DNA of 64,000 nucleotides from Octopus vulgaris (lineage: Eukaryota), in assembly GCA_951406725.2 (NCBI GenBank), contig OX597821.1:42222001-42286000 (forward strand), given 5' to 3'. Both the position numbers and the translations under genes were made by a program. This document shows, piece by piece, positions 51,406 through 64,000 of this stretch; position 1 is the first letter of the stretch, and each line of letters opens with the position of its first letter. The notes below the pieces were generated by a model that worked only from the letters and a program-made list of their open reading frames with translations, made no database searches and was not told where the DNA came from.

Positions 51406-51513
51406 TAAATATATGCAGACAGTAGGAAACATTACAGAGCTGACATAGAACTATATTCAGTCAATATTATTTTCCCTTTTTAACAGTTTCCATTTTGTTA
51501 ATTTAAGCCATTA

Positions 51514-51547
51514 AATAAAATAAAATTATTAAAAAAAAATGAATAAA
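51514..51547 (+). terminator. Candidate COX5B polyadenylation signals
   Basis: AATAAA at 51514 and 51542, about 110-140 nt after the stop, followed by T-rich and GT-rich sequence. Confidence 0.6.
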
Positions 51548-54500
51548 AGTTTTTGGCTTATTTTTAATTTTCAGATGTGTGTGTGTGTGTGTTTGTGGGT
51601 GTGGTGCTTTCTTCTTGAAAAGCATTTTGCTTCTAATACCAAAAGGACAAGTTCATCAAAAATTTGATTATGTTGATTTTCCTTTTTATTCACTGCTTGG
51701 CTGGCTGTGTAGTTAAGAAATTTGCTTTCCAACTACATTCATGGTTCCAAGTTCAGTCAAGTGTCTTATTTACTGCTCTAGGCCAACAAAAGCTGAGGGA
51801 GGAAATTTGGTTGGTGGAAACTGAAAAGAAACCCATCATATGTATATGTGTGTGTTTATGTCTGTCTACTTGTCTCGATATCATGCAGATGTTATAATAA
51901 GCAACACCAACATACAAGCAGTGGTGCTTGCTCGTAGTCTCTTGTGAAAATGTGTTGAGAAATAGCTTGCCTGAGGGCTGGCGAACCAGATGGCTACACC
52001 AGGCTCCAATCTCGATCTGGCAGAGTTTCTACAGCTGGATGCCCTTCCTAACGCCAACCACTCTGTGAGTGTAGTGGGTGCTTTTTACATGCCACCGGCA
52101 CAGGTGCCAGGGGAGGCTGGCAACGGCCACGATTGGTTGGTGCTTTTTACGTGGTGAAAATAATTCTTCAAAAACCCCAACCCATGCCAACATGAAAAAT
52201 GGATGTTAAAAGATGACCATTGTTAGTTGTAGCAATAATAAGAGGAATCAAATGAGAAATTGTGCTATGGTCAAACAAGAAATCAATCATTATCATCATC
52301 ATCTTTAACATTTGTTTTCTATGCTGGCATTGGTTGGGTGGTTTGACAAGATAGCTTGAGAGCTACTTTGGTCTCCAGCGGCTGCTTTGGCTTGGTTTCT
52401 TGGGCTAGTTGCTATTCATAAAACCAACCACTTTACAAAATGTTCTGGGTGTCCTTTCTTCCATGGCACCAGCACTAGTGAGGTCACCAAGACTCTTTGG
52501 CAGTGGAGAGGGTGCAGTATTGAGGAGAGTGGCTTTATGCCAGATGACGATAGGTTCAAATACAACAGGCAGCGGAACAAATGTCTTGTAGAGGAGACAT
52601 AGGTATCCCAGCAGAAAAGGGACAGAATGGTAATATGTCAGGATGTACTCTCAATGTACAAGGTGGACAGAATAAGAGCAGAGAGTGTAGGATGGTTGGT
52701 TGGTTGGGTAGGTATGTTTGCAAGAGTGTGAGAAGTGAATGGTGAACATTGATGGCAGCGTGGACAATGTTGAGTCTGTTAGGGAGAAGGTACGAAAAAG
52801 AGCAGTGGGTCATGAAAGGAGAGGAGGGGGGAACTAATAAAACTAGATACACGAAAAATAAGATGTGAAGATGCTGGGTGACGGTCAGAGGTACATAGAG
52901 ATGGATATAGTCAATTACCATCTAACTGCAAGTATATATTTGCGGATAGGTCACACTTTTTTACCCAAAATTTCAATAAAAATCGAGTGTGACATCACAG
53001 GGATCTGAACAGCAGAGTATTGGTAATCCAGAAGAAGAATTTTTGAGTTTCAATCCTGATGGAGTTTAATAATTATATCTCAATGAATAAAGACTTTTCT
53101 TATGTAACACTTTTTTCTGTTGTTTCTAATTCTTGACATTTTTGTTGAGTTGATACTTATTGTTTTTTTTCTTTCTTTTTATTTATCAATTCTACTTTCA
53201 TAAAATCACTTTCACAAAAACGTTGTAAGCAAAGTTTTGAAATAAAGGTGAATATTTGACAATATTAGTTATGTTTAAGTTAAAGAGGGCCATGTAATTC
53301 TCCAGGGTAACCTATCTGAGAGTCAACTGCAAGTACGTACTTTGACAACTAAGGGTGTGACCTATCCATGAGTATATATGGTACATAAGCAATTGGGTTG
53401 GTGGGAGATATGTTCAGAGGGAAAGGGCATTCAGTGGACATAGTGGTAAGATATGATGTTAGCAGTGTAGAATGGGTGACAAGGGAAGAGGTACCAAGAA
53501 GAGGGATTACTAATGGTACAGAAAAGATCAATGTCACCACCACCACCAAAGGCCAGAGATCAAAAGTATTGGTCAAGTATAGATGTGGTTTGTCTCAAAT
53601 TTGAGCATGGAAAATGATATATCACTAATTGTATGATTTTTGCAGGATTGGAAAATAAGGAGAATAGTGCCATGACTTTTTGAGATGGAAATCAGTCTGT
53701 TGCAACAGTAAATGATACCCTTTCAAAAGAATGAATAATTCTGTGTAGAATACCTCAAGAAACTGCTTTGGAGTTATTACTTTTTATATTAAGCTCTTGC
53801 AGACGTTTTTTGGTTATACAAACTGCCATCTTTTTCTATGCTAATGATACAAATATATCAAAAGCAAATAAAATTTTTATTTGTATCAAAGATCTCAATA
53901 ATAAAAGACTAACAAAATCTGCCTTAACAAATTTCATTTAACCCATTCAAGCATGGAAAAGTAGCCATTAAAATTATGATAATGATGTATTAATGGGTAT
54001 GAAATTATAAAAAATATATTTACACAAATGCATAAAGAAAGCTAATTTCTTTTCAATGTGAAATGAAAAATTCATTAATATAAACAGGAAATAAATAATC
54101 ATATTTACATAAACAATCATTTATTGTACCATTTAGAAAATATTTTTTCTGCAAAGCAGTATGAAATTATGATGTGTATCATAACAAATTTAAGCAAAGT
54201 TTATCTGAAAATGCTATTTTAAAATTTAAGCTTGAGATGTTGATACAATTTATTTATAAAACAACGTTGATTCAATTATCTTTCACATGTTTATCAGCAA
54301 CTTTTGCTTAGTTTGAAGGATTGTAGGTAATCATGGTTGATGTTGGTGTAAATTGTATGACAAAACGTTTTCCTGTAAATAAAAAGAGAGAGAAATGAGG
54401 CTCTTAGACAAAAAGAGAGAATCCACAAGTTAATGTTTTACAGCTTTTACAACTAAGCAATGCCACAGTCTAACTAAGTGGACTATTATTACATCAGCTA

Positions 54501-55115
54501 TCAGCAAGGAAGCCAGTGTGTACCCACACAAGCTGCTAGAAATAGCAGCTAAATCTACCTCAAATCAAACCCCACGTTCTTGGAAAAGGAAAAGCATATT
54601 GGATAATACAGTTCTGCATGATCTGTGTCTGGTTTAAATAGTGTGAGCAGTCATCGTTGGAACATGTTTGATTATTGGTCTGCTTGGTCAGGATTGACTG
54701 AGACCTAAACAATAACTCTAGCACTATCACTACTGTGTCCACAAAGAAATTTCTGGTCGATCAGTCAATCTGCTCGTAATAACCAAACCCTGCTCTGGCA
54801 TTTTCGAATAAGATAAAGGAGGGTATATTCATTAAAAGACAGGATTACTAAAGCTGGAGCATATTTGATGGTCGATCAGTTGGATCAAAGACTAGAACTA
54901 AACAACTTTTACTGCTGCTGGGTAATTTGTATCATGTCACATCATGAAATATCTTTTGAGCAAATAAAGTGTATAATAACTTGCTTCAACCCAAGGATAT
55001 TACTGGTTTATGTTGTTACATTGTTACAGTTCAGACCTGTGACATGTTGACAGTTGGTCAAATGACTTGGAGTAGTCCATAGAGCCATTGCTCCAAATAT
55101 TTTGTGTCTCAGTTA

Positions 55116-55635
55116 CCGTAAATCCTTGAGTATAATCCGTATTTTTTTCCCAAAATTTAACGGTCAAAATCCTTTGTGTGTACTATATACGAGGTTAAAA
55201 ATGAAAAATATTTTCTAAGCAATGTCCGAGTCTCTATTTGTTGTCCGGCAATGTTTATTCAGATGCATTTTGTGATGTCGGGCACAAAAATACCTTAAGC
55301 TATGCCTGAAAGCAATGAAGTCATAAAAGAATCATCCATAACTTGCAGTAAGCAACATTTATTAAAATAAAAGTATTCAGATCACAGAATAATGTAACAA
55401 AAACAATTTGCAAACATATTTACATTCCCATATAACAGTTAAGAACATCACCATTATTGTATTACGCATGCGCGGAAGTGTTTGTTCGACAAGATGCTTC
55501 TGGCTTAATTACGCACTACTCAAGTTAGAGAAGAGGTGCGTATTATACACAAGGTTTGGGTTTTTCAGAAGTACAGCCCCCTAAAAATCCCCTGTGTATT
55601 ATACTCAAGGGCGGATTATACTCGAGGATTTATGG
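55116..55635. mobile_element. Tc1/mariner (pogo/Tc2-like) MITE
   Basis: TA|CCGTAAATCCTTGAGTATAATCCG ... CGGATTATACTCGAGGATTTATGG|TA. A more decayed relative lies at about 52916-53383. Confidence 0.85.
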
Positions 55636-56242
55636 TAAGTGAAGTACAATACTGTCTGTATCAACAGATGGTTTATTGCAGGATATGCAATTTGATTATT
55701 TTATGGTGAACACTATATTCATTTTGTGGTATATCCTAGTATATCTTTTGTTGTAAACATCTGAACATTTATTTTGTATCATTGTTTACATGTATCCAAT
55801 TGGAGAATCAGTATATTTCTGACTATATGGATGATAAGGGATTGTCTATAACTTGGTGCAGACCACATATCATACCCTCATTTGAAGACTATAATCTGTG
55901 TTCTAAACTAACAATAATTATGACATCAACAATGTCAGCTTTTCCAACTGTAGTCACAAATAAATTACCAAAATTTCAAGCAAAAGGTCATCACTTACCG
56001 AACTGCCTTCTCATCTGTGACTTCAAGTTTGAAAACGGACAGACTCTTCGGAGGATTGCTAATCCAAGTCCAAGGTTTAAACAAATTTTTCTCATATTTC
56101 CATTTCAGTTTCATCTCAACTAATTCTCCAAGATTCTGTTTATTCTTCACTAGGAATGAAAAATTCTTTTTAGGATCCAACTTGATATTACTGAAAAACA
56201 AGATAGAAAATTATACATACATATATACACGCGTGCACATGC

Positions 56243-56542
56243 ACGTGCCGGTGGCACATAAAAAGCACCATCCGAACATGGCCGATGCCAGCGCCGCCCC
56301 GACTGGCTCCTGTGCCGCTGGCATGTTAAAAGCTCCAACCGATGCCGGACCCCCCTGGCACCTGTGCAGGTGGCACGTAAAAAGCACCCACTACACTCGC
56401 GGAGTGGTTGGCGTTAGGAAGGGCGTCCAGCCGTAGAAACTCTGCCAGATCAGACTGGAGCCTGGAGCAGACCCCGGTCGAACCGTCCAACTCATGCTAG
56501 CGCGGAAAATGGACGTTAAACGATGATGATGATGATGATGAT
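56243..56542 (+). mobile_element. RTE 3'-end copy
   Basis: Three stem-loop units, the conserved terminus and a (GAT)n tail. Confidence 0.85.
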
Positions 56543-56891
56543 ATATGTGTGTGTGGAAGCAGATAAAACAAGGTAAGGTAAAAGAAAAGAAGAAAAAGAA
56601 GAATTTCAATATTTCTGTGGAGGTTACAGATGTTTTGTAATCCACTCAGAATTACATCATCAACTTCAATATAGACAAGTACACACACACACATACACAT
56701 AAAGAAAGAAAGAGAGAGAGAGCAGGTGCAGATATGGCTGCATGATTCAGAAGCTTGCTTCTCAATCATATAGTCTTGTGTTCAGCCCCACTGCATGGCA
56801 CTTTGGACAAGTGTCTTGGGCTTCAGATCAATCAAAGTCTGTGAGTGGATTTGGAAGTATGTGTGCATGTGTGTCATTGCATGTGCATATG

Positions 56892-56968
<77 letters not shown>

Positions 56969-56971
<3 letters not shown>

Positions 56972-57270
56972 GAGGCGCAATGGCCCAGTGGTTAGGGCAG
57001 TGGACTCGCAGTCGTAGGATCGTGGTTTCAATTCCCAGACCAGGCGTTGTGAGTGGTCATTGAGCGAAAACACCTAAAGCTCCACGAGGCTCCAGCAGGG
57101 GGTGGTGGCGATCCCTGCTGTACTCTTTCGTCACAACTTTCTCTCACTCTTTCTTCTGTTGGCCTGCTCGCTTAGCCAGCGGGGTGGCGTCATTTGAAGG
57201 CTAAAAAAATGCGAAGCACATTGTGACCAGCGATGTGTTGCAACATCTGATAGCCTGGTCAGTCGCGGTG
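56969..57270 (+). mobile_element. tRNA(Arg)-derived SINE (third tail type)
   Basis: GTGGAGGCGCAATGGCCCAGTGG...GACTCGCAG...GGTTTCAATTCC head, nested in the microsatellite of another SINE. Confidence 0.85.
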
Positions 57271-57290
57271 ATATATATATATATGTATAT

Positions 57291-57628
57291 TGTTATAGTG
57301 GAAATGGTACACCCCTCCCATGGGACAAGTAATATGATCCAGCCACCATAAAGTGAGATGATTTCAACCAGTACAGAGAGTCATGTAGAGTTGTACAAGT
57401 TCTCAGTTGGAGTCAAGTGTCAGTTACATGTTATAGTCAAGTCACAGTCAAGGTAGGTGGTTTAAAGTCATAGCTCAATATGACAAAGTGATGTATTACC
57501 ATTCTGGTATAGAAGAGATACACCGTATCCGATACCAAGAAAATATTATGGTTACTAGAGTAGATACAACAGCTACAGTCACAACAGTGGCCACACATTA
57601 TAGATGTGGAAAACACCACATCATAACA
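57291..57628. mobile_element. Possible solo LTR
   Basis: TGTTAT...ATAACA inverted ends flanked by TATAT on both sides; the flank is low complexity, so this is weak evidence. Confidence 0.35.
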
Positions 57629-58209
57629 TATATACAAGTATATATATATATGTGTATGTTTGTGTCTCCTTGTTTTGATATCATGTGATAGCTGTAAGTA
57701 GGCATCAGTCATACAGGCAATGTATTTGTTCCTAGTCTTGCAGGAATATATGTGAGGGTTTGTGACAGAAAGGGCATCTGGCCATAGTTTATCTGCCTCA
57801 ATAAATCAGTATGATCCATGCAAGCATGGGGAAGTGGATAATGGTAATGTGTGCTTGTATGATGTAATGTAACTACCACAATATAGTTTGTTCTAACAGA
57901 AAATTCCACATTTAAGTGGGGATAGATATTACCTCATAATATTGTAATAACCCCATTACCAGCACTACCTACCTAACAAAAATATAAGGTTATACATTAT
58001 TAGATACAGTTAGTTGTCACTGTATAATAAATATGGCTCAGTAATATGTGCCATGCTTTTGCTAATTTAGGGGCCTATGTAGTCATCCCTAAAGCTCATC
58101 AAGCTCAGCAGAAACAGTTAGGATGTCACAGCTGCATGGTGAATGGGCCACACCAGCACCCAGCTGGTATACATTGCAGCTAAGTAGATTGAAGCAATGA
58201 CAACTGTCA

Positions 58210-58940
58210 TAAGGGCCAATTAACACTTCTGAATCTGTGTCCAACAGAGAATTCTTTCAACTACCAGGTCTTCCTTTTCCAAATCACTTTTTTTTGTCTG
58301 TGTTAGAGTAGCTCCTATTTTGAAGCCATTCACCATTAATCTATGTTGAGTAGTTTGTTTTTTTTTATTTGAGAAAGATTTTGCAATCATCTACCTATCC
58401 CATTTCCTGGTGAGAATAAAATCTCTCTGGCTTGAGTGCTCACCTGACTGATAAGGGATTCGAGGCTTAAGTGATTTCCTGAAGTTTGTGTTGCAGATTA
58501 TGATATTATTTGTATCACAGAACTTCAGAAATCTCGGTCCTTCCTTAATTATTTTACTTTTATTGAAACCACTACATACTCCAGTAAAGCCATAGCTGTG
58601 GTCCAACATGCCCAGTAAAATCAACAGCCCTGATAATGAAGTTGCCGTTGTCTGTTATTGAAGAAGTTTACAGAAGGACCTCATAAAAGTAATCCTATTC
58701 ATCTGCCAACCCTGAATGTGATGCATATGTGGAGATAATTGCCACTGAAGTATTACCTATGATGAGTCCAAGTTTAATAATTCTGTCACATATTCTGATG
58801 ACCTCAATTACCTAATCTACCCGACTTTTTTTTTAAAATAGAATACCAACTTCACCCATACTCTCTTACATATCTAGAAGAAGTTATCTACCTGTTTCTT
58901 GTCTGTGAAGAGCCTGGTTGAGGCTCCCCTCCATTTTACC
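58210..58940 (-). mobile_element. Decayed LINE (RTE) apurinic endonuclease fragment
   Basis: EGPRFLKFCDTNNIIICNTNFRK...YQSGEHSSQRDFIL matches the APE domain G-x-x-L-x-x-FC...I-x-NT-x-F...SQID-x-IL. Confidence 0.75.
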
Positions 58941-59130
58941 ACTTGTATACAGCACACATCCACTCATCCACATTGGAGTATTTCCTCAATTTCACCAGAC
59001 CTACCTTTTGTTGTACATTAAAGATAACCACCCTGAAGTTTTGGACCCTGATAGGAAGAGCTGGAGTAGGATTTCCAGTAGTGCCTCAGTAAGCTGGAGT
59101 CAGTGTTTGTGTGTGTGTATGTGTGTGTGT

Positions 59131-59161
<31 letters not shown>

Positions 59162-60500
59162 ATTCGGTATTATCAACAATAAAACACAATATTGTATTTT
59201 CATATCAACCAATTTACCAATCAGTTTCATATCAGGAGTTGAGAAAAGCCTATTAACCATCAGAAAAAACAAAAAGAAATGGTATAGTGTGAGCTCTATC
59301 AACCAATATATGAGTGCCTGTTTTTTTATGACTTACACTTACACTTTTACACTTTTACTTGTTTCAGTCATTTGACTGCGGCCATGCTGGAGCACCGCCT
59401 TTAGTCGAGCAACTCGACCCCGGGACTTATTCTTTGTAAGCCCAGTACTTATTCTATCGGTCTCTTTTGCCGAACCGCTAAGTGACTTGTAGATTTTTAG
59501 ACACACATATGTGTGTGTGTGTGTGTGTGTTTGAATATTTACCCATCAGTAATCTGTATTACACCAGTCTTGGAGTCAGAACCCACCAGCTGGACATACA
59601 GTATTCCTTCTGCTATATTTCCACGGTAAATTGATGCACCGATACGCAAGTTGATCTTATAATGCATCACTATAAAATAAAGCAAAAAGAGAAAAATGTA
59701 AGATGTTATGGTTGTTATTAATTTATAATGTAATATATAATATATGACATAAGGCTTGTGGATTGGTAGAATTTTTAGAGTATTGGAGAAAATGCCATGT
59801 GGTATTTCTTCTGTTCTGAGTTCAAATACCCAAAAGTCAACTTTGCCTTTCATTGTTTTGAGATTGATAAAATAAAGAACCAGCCAATGTAACTGACTAA
59901 TCCCCTTCCTCCCAAACTGCTGGCCTTGTGCCTAAATGGAAAACAATTTACAGCTTGTAAACTTAGTCTTGCAAACTGAACAGTGACCTCACTTGTGCTG
60001 ATGTCATGAAAAAAAAAGCACTTAGTATACTATACAAAGTCATTGGCATTAGGAAAGGCATTCAACTGTAGAAACCATGCCAAAGCAGACATTGGACCAT
60101 GATATAGGCTTCTGACTTGTCAGATACTACCAAATGGCCCAACCCCTGTCAGCATGGAAGATGGACATTAAAAGATGATGTACGTAAACATAGTAGAAAA
60201 GATTAGCAGTAAATGTAGCACAGAACATTTACATAAATAAACTGCTTTTTTATATTATGAATTTTCCAGCCATGGCACAACATTTTAGAATGATAGTACT
60301 GAGCTTATTGTATATGATAATCAGGTGCACTATAACTGAATGAATGCATATATATATATGTATATGAACTAAATTCATGAGACGCATGAAATGATTGGTT
60401 ACATATGATATGTACACATGATCACCAACTCAGTTACATTCAGTGAAAAAACATTTCTCCAAACAATCACAAAGATTGTTATCTGAATGTATTTTATACA

Positions 60501-60536
60501 ACTATTATTATTATTATTATTATTATTATCATCATT

Positions 60537-60577
<41 letters not shown>

Positions 60578-60727
60578 TATTATTATTATTATTATTATTG
60601 TTGTTGTTGTTGTTGTTTTTGTTGTTGTTGTTGTTATTATTGTTATTATCATCATCATCATTATTATTGTTATTATCATCATCATCATTATTATTATCAT
60701 TATCATCATCATCATCATCATCATCAT
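60501..60727. repeat. Compound trinucleotide microsatellite (ATT/ATC/GTT)
   Basis: Directly visible; continuous with the (GAT)n tail of the adjacent RTE copy. Confidence 0.95.
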
Positions 60728-61275
60728 TTAACGTCCGCTTTCCATGCTAGCATGGGTTGGACGGTTCAACTGGGGTCTGGGGAGCCCGAAAGCTGCACCA
60801 GTCCAGTCAGATCTGGCAGTGTTTCTACAGCTGGATGCCCTTCCTAACGCCAACCACTCCGAGAGTGTAGTGGGTGATTTTATGTGCCACCGACACAGGT
60901 GCCAGACGAGGCTGGCAAACGGCCACGCTCGGATGGTGTTTTTTATGTGCCACCAACACAGGTGCCAGACGAGGCTGGCAGACGGCCACGCTCGGATGTT
61001 GTTTTTATGTGCCACCGACACAGGTGCCAGATGAGGCTGGCAAACGGCCACGATCGGATGGTGTTTGTTACGTGCCCACAGCACGGAGGCCAGTCGATGC
61101 GGTACTGGCTACGGCCACGTTCGGATGGTTTTCTTGTGTGCCACGTGCCACCGGCACTGGTACCACAAAGATACAAATTCCATTGATGTTCATCTATTTT
61201 GATTTGTTTTGATTTGATTTGATTTTCACTTGCCTCAACAGGTCTTCACAAGTGTCACAAGAAGGAAGGTATGCA

Positions 61276-61277
<2 letters not shown>
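60722..61277 (-). mobile_element. RTE 3'-end copy with homogenised 62-63 bp tandem units
   Basis: Units start at about 60882, 60945, 61007 and 61070. A (GATTT)n linker and RTE UTR sequence follow at 61200-61277. Confidence 0.9.
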
Positions 61278-61326
<49 letters not shown>

Positions 61327-62249
61327 CATAGACCTGCTTTTATAGCAGGTTGATGCAGGTAGTTTATGCTGTCGCCCTCTGGCTTTTAGTACATGCAGTT
61401 GGAAAAACCACATTACTTATGGGATGACCCAATATATATAGACAGATGATAAGCAGCTGTCTTTATTATAGTACAGATGTGACTAATTCAGAGAAACATT
61501 CTTTTCATTTTTCACACATTGTCACTCTTGTAATGTAACACTTTGTAATTTTGGTTCAAATTGAAAGTGTGGAACTATTTTCACTTTCTAATGAAACCTG
61601 CTCATTGTAGAACAATGTCTTTCAAATAACTAAAGCTGGTTGTTGAGATAACGTAGAAAATATATAAATGAAAATAAAGTTTATTTGGTAGCCAAAAGAT
61701 TATTGAATCTTTTGATACCCCAGACATCAAAATTGGCAACTCAGTTTTCAAATGCGTAAGGAACATACACACAGACACACACACATACAAACTCTCTTTT
61801 ATATATATAAAGGTGGGGAGATGGCAAAATTGTTGACACACTGGGAAAAATGCTTAGCAGCATTTTGTCCATTCTTACTTTCTGAGTTCAAATTCTGCTG
61901 AGGTCAACTTTACCTTTCATCTCTTTGGGGTCACTAAATTAAGTACCAGTGAGACACTGGACTTGATGTGATCGACAAGTACCCGGTCCCAAATTTCAGG
62001 CTTTGTGCCTATAGTAGAAAGGATTATTATTCTTTTCTACTCTAGGAACAAGGCCCTAAATTTTGGGAGAGGGAGCCAGTTGATTAGATCAACCCCAGTA
62101 TGCATCTGGTGCTTAGTTTATCGACCCCAAAAGCATGAAAAGCAAAGTCAACCTTGGTAGAATTTGAACTCAGAACGTAAAGGCAGACGAAACACCACTA
62201 AGTATTTCACCTGGCGTGCTAACATTTCTGCCAACTCGCTGCCTTAAAA

Positions 62250-63370
62250 GGATTATTATTCGCTTTGATTCAGGTTCAATCTTATTTCTGGTAGGATTTA
62301 TGTGAGTAGTGGGTTACTACCTGTATCTTTAGGTATCCACAAGTTTTCAGTAGTCTTTCAAGTGTTTAGAACCCTCTTGATAATCCTTGCTGTCCCTAAG
62401 AGATAAACTTTCTGTAGGAACTCTACAGAGCATTCTATTCCAATCTCCTTCAGCCATTTGTCTATACCTTTGCTTACTGTTTCTAATGCATCAATTATTA
62501 TAGGCACAACCTTTACAGTTCTCACACCCCAAATTCTTCCTATATCAAATTTTAAGGGATTGTATTTATTTTTGTTTTTCATCCTCTTTCTTTATGATCC
62601 TGGAATGAAAAGGGCATGATGGGTTGGTTAGTAAACAACTTCGCTTTTCCTTATCTATAATTGTTATGTCTGGTCTATTATCTTTTAACTTGCTCATTTG
62701 AATAGGAAAGGCCCACAAAATCTTACATTTCTCCAACTCCAGTACTCTTTCGACTTGATGATTGTATCATGAATTTCCAGCGTCAAATCCCCATTTCTGG
62801 CAAAGTTTCCAGTGTAAAACTTTTACCACCTGGTCGTACCTCCATTTCTTATATTCTTCTTGTGCCAGCTTGGGGCATTCTTCCACAGTGTGTACCACTG
62901 TCTTGTTCCAAGTTCCACAGACTCTAGATTTTTCTGACACATTCTCTCCATATATATTTTTTCTCAAGTTGTTTATTTTTATCACTTTTTATCAACTTGT
63001 TGTGGTTTGGGGCAAGTCTACAACTTTCGTTTGTGATATGGGCAAGGGTTTTGTCCACTCTTTAACAGATGCGGCTTCAGCAGAAACACTTGCTCATTCC
63101 TAAGATTGATCTTCCAATTCATGGACAAAGCTGGGTCTTGCACTGCCAGTATAGTGGTCTCAGTCTTTTTTTTCTTTTTTTCAGCGTTTCTTTCTTCAAC
63201 AAATCCCACCTATATTTTCCTCCAACTTCTGTTGTAACTATAGTTCCTTGTTGTGTAATGTTTCTTCATGTCCTTTTTGTACTTCTCCCTTTGTTTTTCC
63301 TTTTTTCTCTGCTTTCAATACTCCCTCATTCCTAACTGGCACCAGCAAGGTTTCCTTATCTTGGGATAGG
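62250..63370 (-). mobile_element. Decayed R4/Dong-like non-LTR retrotransposon (CCHC and restriction-like endonuclease end)
   Basis: SRVCGTWNKTVVHTVEECPKLAQEEYKKWRYDQVVKVLHWKLC, RPDITII, KYNPLKFDIGRIW...VVPIII, and LQKVYLLGTARII. Confidence 0.75.
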
Positions 63371-63374
63371 TATC

Positions 63375-63435
<61 letters not shown>

Positions 63436-63754
63436 CATCATCATCATCATTATAGGGCAGCGAGCTGGCAGAATCGTTAGCACACCAGGCAAAGTGCTTA
63501 GCAGTATTTCATCTGCCATTATATTCTGAGTTCAAATTCCGCTGAGGTCAACTTTGCCTTTCATCCTTTCAGGGTTGATTAAATAAGTACTAGTTACACA
63601 CTGAGGTCGATGTAATCTACTTAATCACTTTGTCTGTCCTTGTTAGTCCTCTATATGTTTAGCCCCCTGTGAGCAATAAAGAAATAAATTATTATTAGTA
63701 TTATTAATATTATTACTCTCTAAAAATTTCAGGTCTTGTGCCTTTAGTAGAAAG

Positions 63755-63821
<67 letters not shown>

Positions 63822-63823
<2 letters not shown>

Positions 63824-64000
63824 TCTCTTTATCACATGTTTTGTTGGAGCTCCTGGAGTCTTATATGCATAGTGGGCTTGCTACCTGCAGCCTATGGTAC
63901 CATGCTATCCGTTCTTTTCAGCTAATACTTCCTTGATTATTCTGGCTGTGCTAAGCAGGCAAACCTTTTGTAACAGTTCTACTGGGCACTCTATCCCAAT
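63822..64000 (-). mobile_element. Second R4/Dong-like 3' end with (TAA)n tail
   Basis: Minus frame IGIECPVELLQKVCLLSTARIIKEVL, a short UTR, then (TAA)n at about 63756-63822. Confidence 0.75.

Noticed and set aside
60443-60847. His/Tyr/Cys-rich protein and other low-complexity ORFs (for example 17417-17872, 56742-57073, 63238-63529)
   Set aside because: These are translations of microsatellites.

Overview
AT-rich, repeat-dense eukaryotic (animal) genomic DNA. The SINE/LINE repertoire points to a cephalopod, probably Octopus (inference from repeat signatures only). Two spliced nuclear genes for mitochondrial proteins can be assembled by hand, arranged head-to-head with start codons about 6.8 kb apart. 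Frataxin (FXN) lies on the minus strand with four coding exons (26487-26392, 16956-16877, 13132-13012, 2790-2696); its last exon was not found and probably lies left of the window. COX5B lies on the plus strand and is complete (33281-33404, 40949-41034, 47271-47370, 51293-51405; 140 aa). Almost all other ORF-track entries are repeat-derived or spurious. The rest is transposon debris: RTE LINEs and their 3'-end copies, CR1, R4/Dong-like, Penelope-like and Gypsy fragments, tRNA-derived SINEs, Helitrons, and MITEs of Merlin-like, hAT, piggyBac and Tc1/mariner type. The best leads are a candidate nested antisense 60-aa gene in COX5B intron 1, a 765-bp near-perfect foldback in intron 2, inverted RTE tails flanking COX5B exon 3, a point-mutated hammerhead ribozyme, and a variable array of stem-loop units in the RTE 3' UTR. 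I found no clear-cut novel multi-gene system, and no database search could be run.
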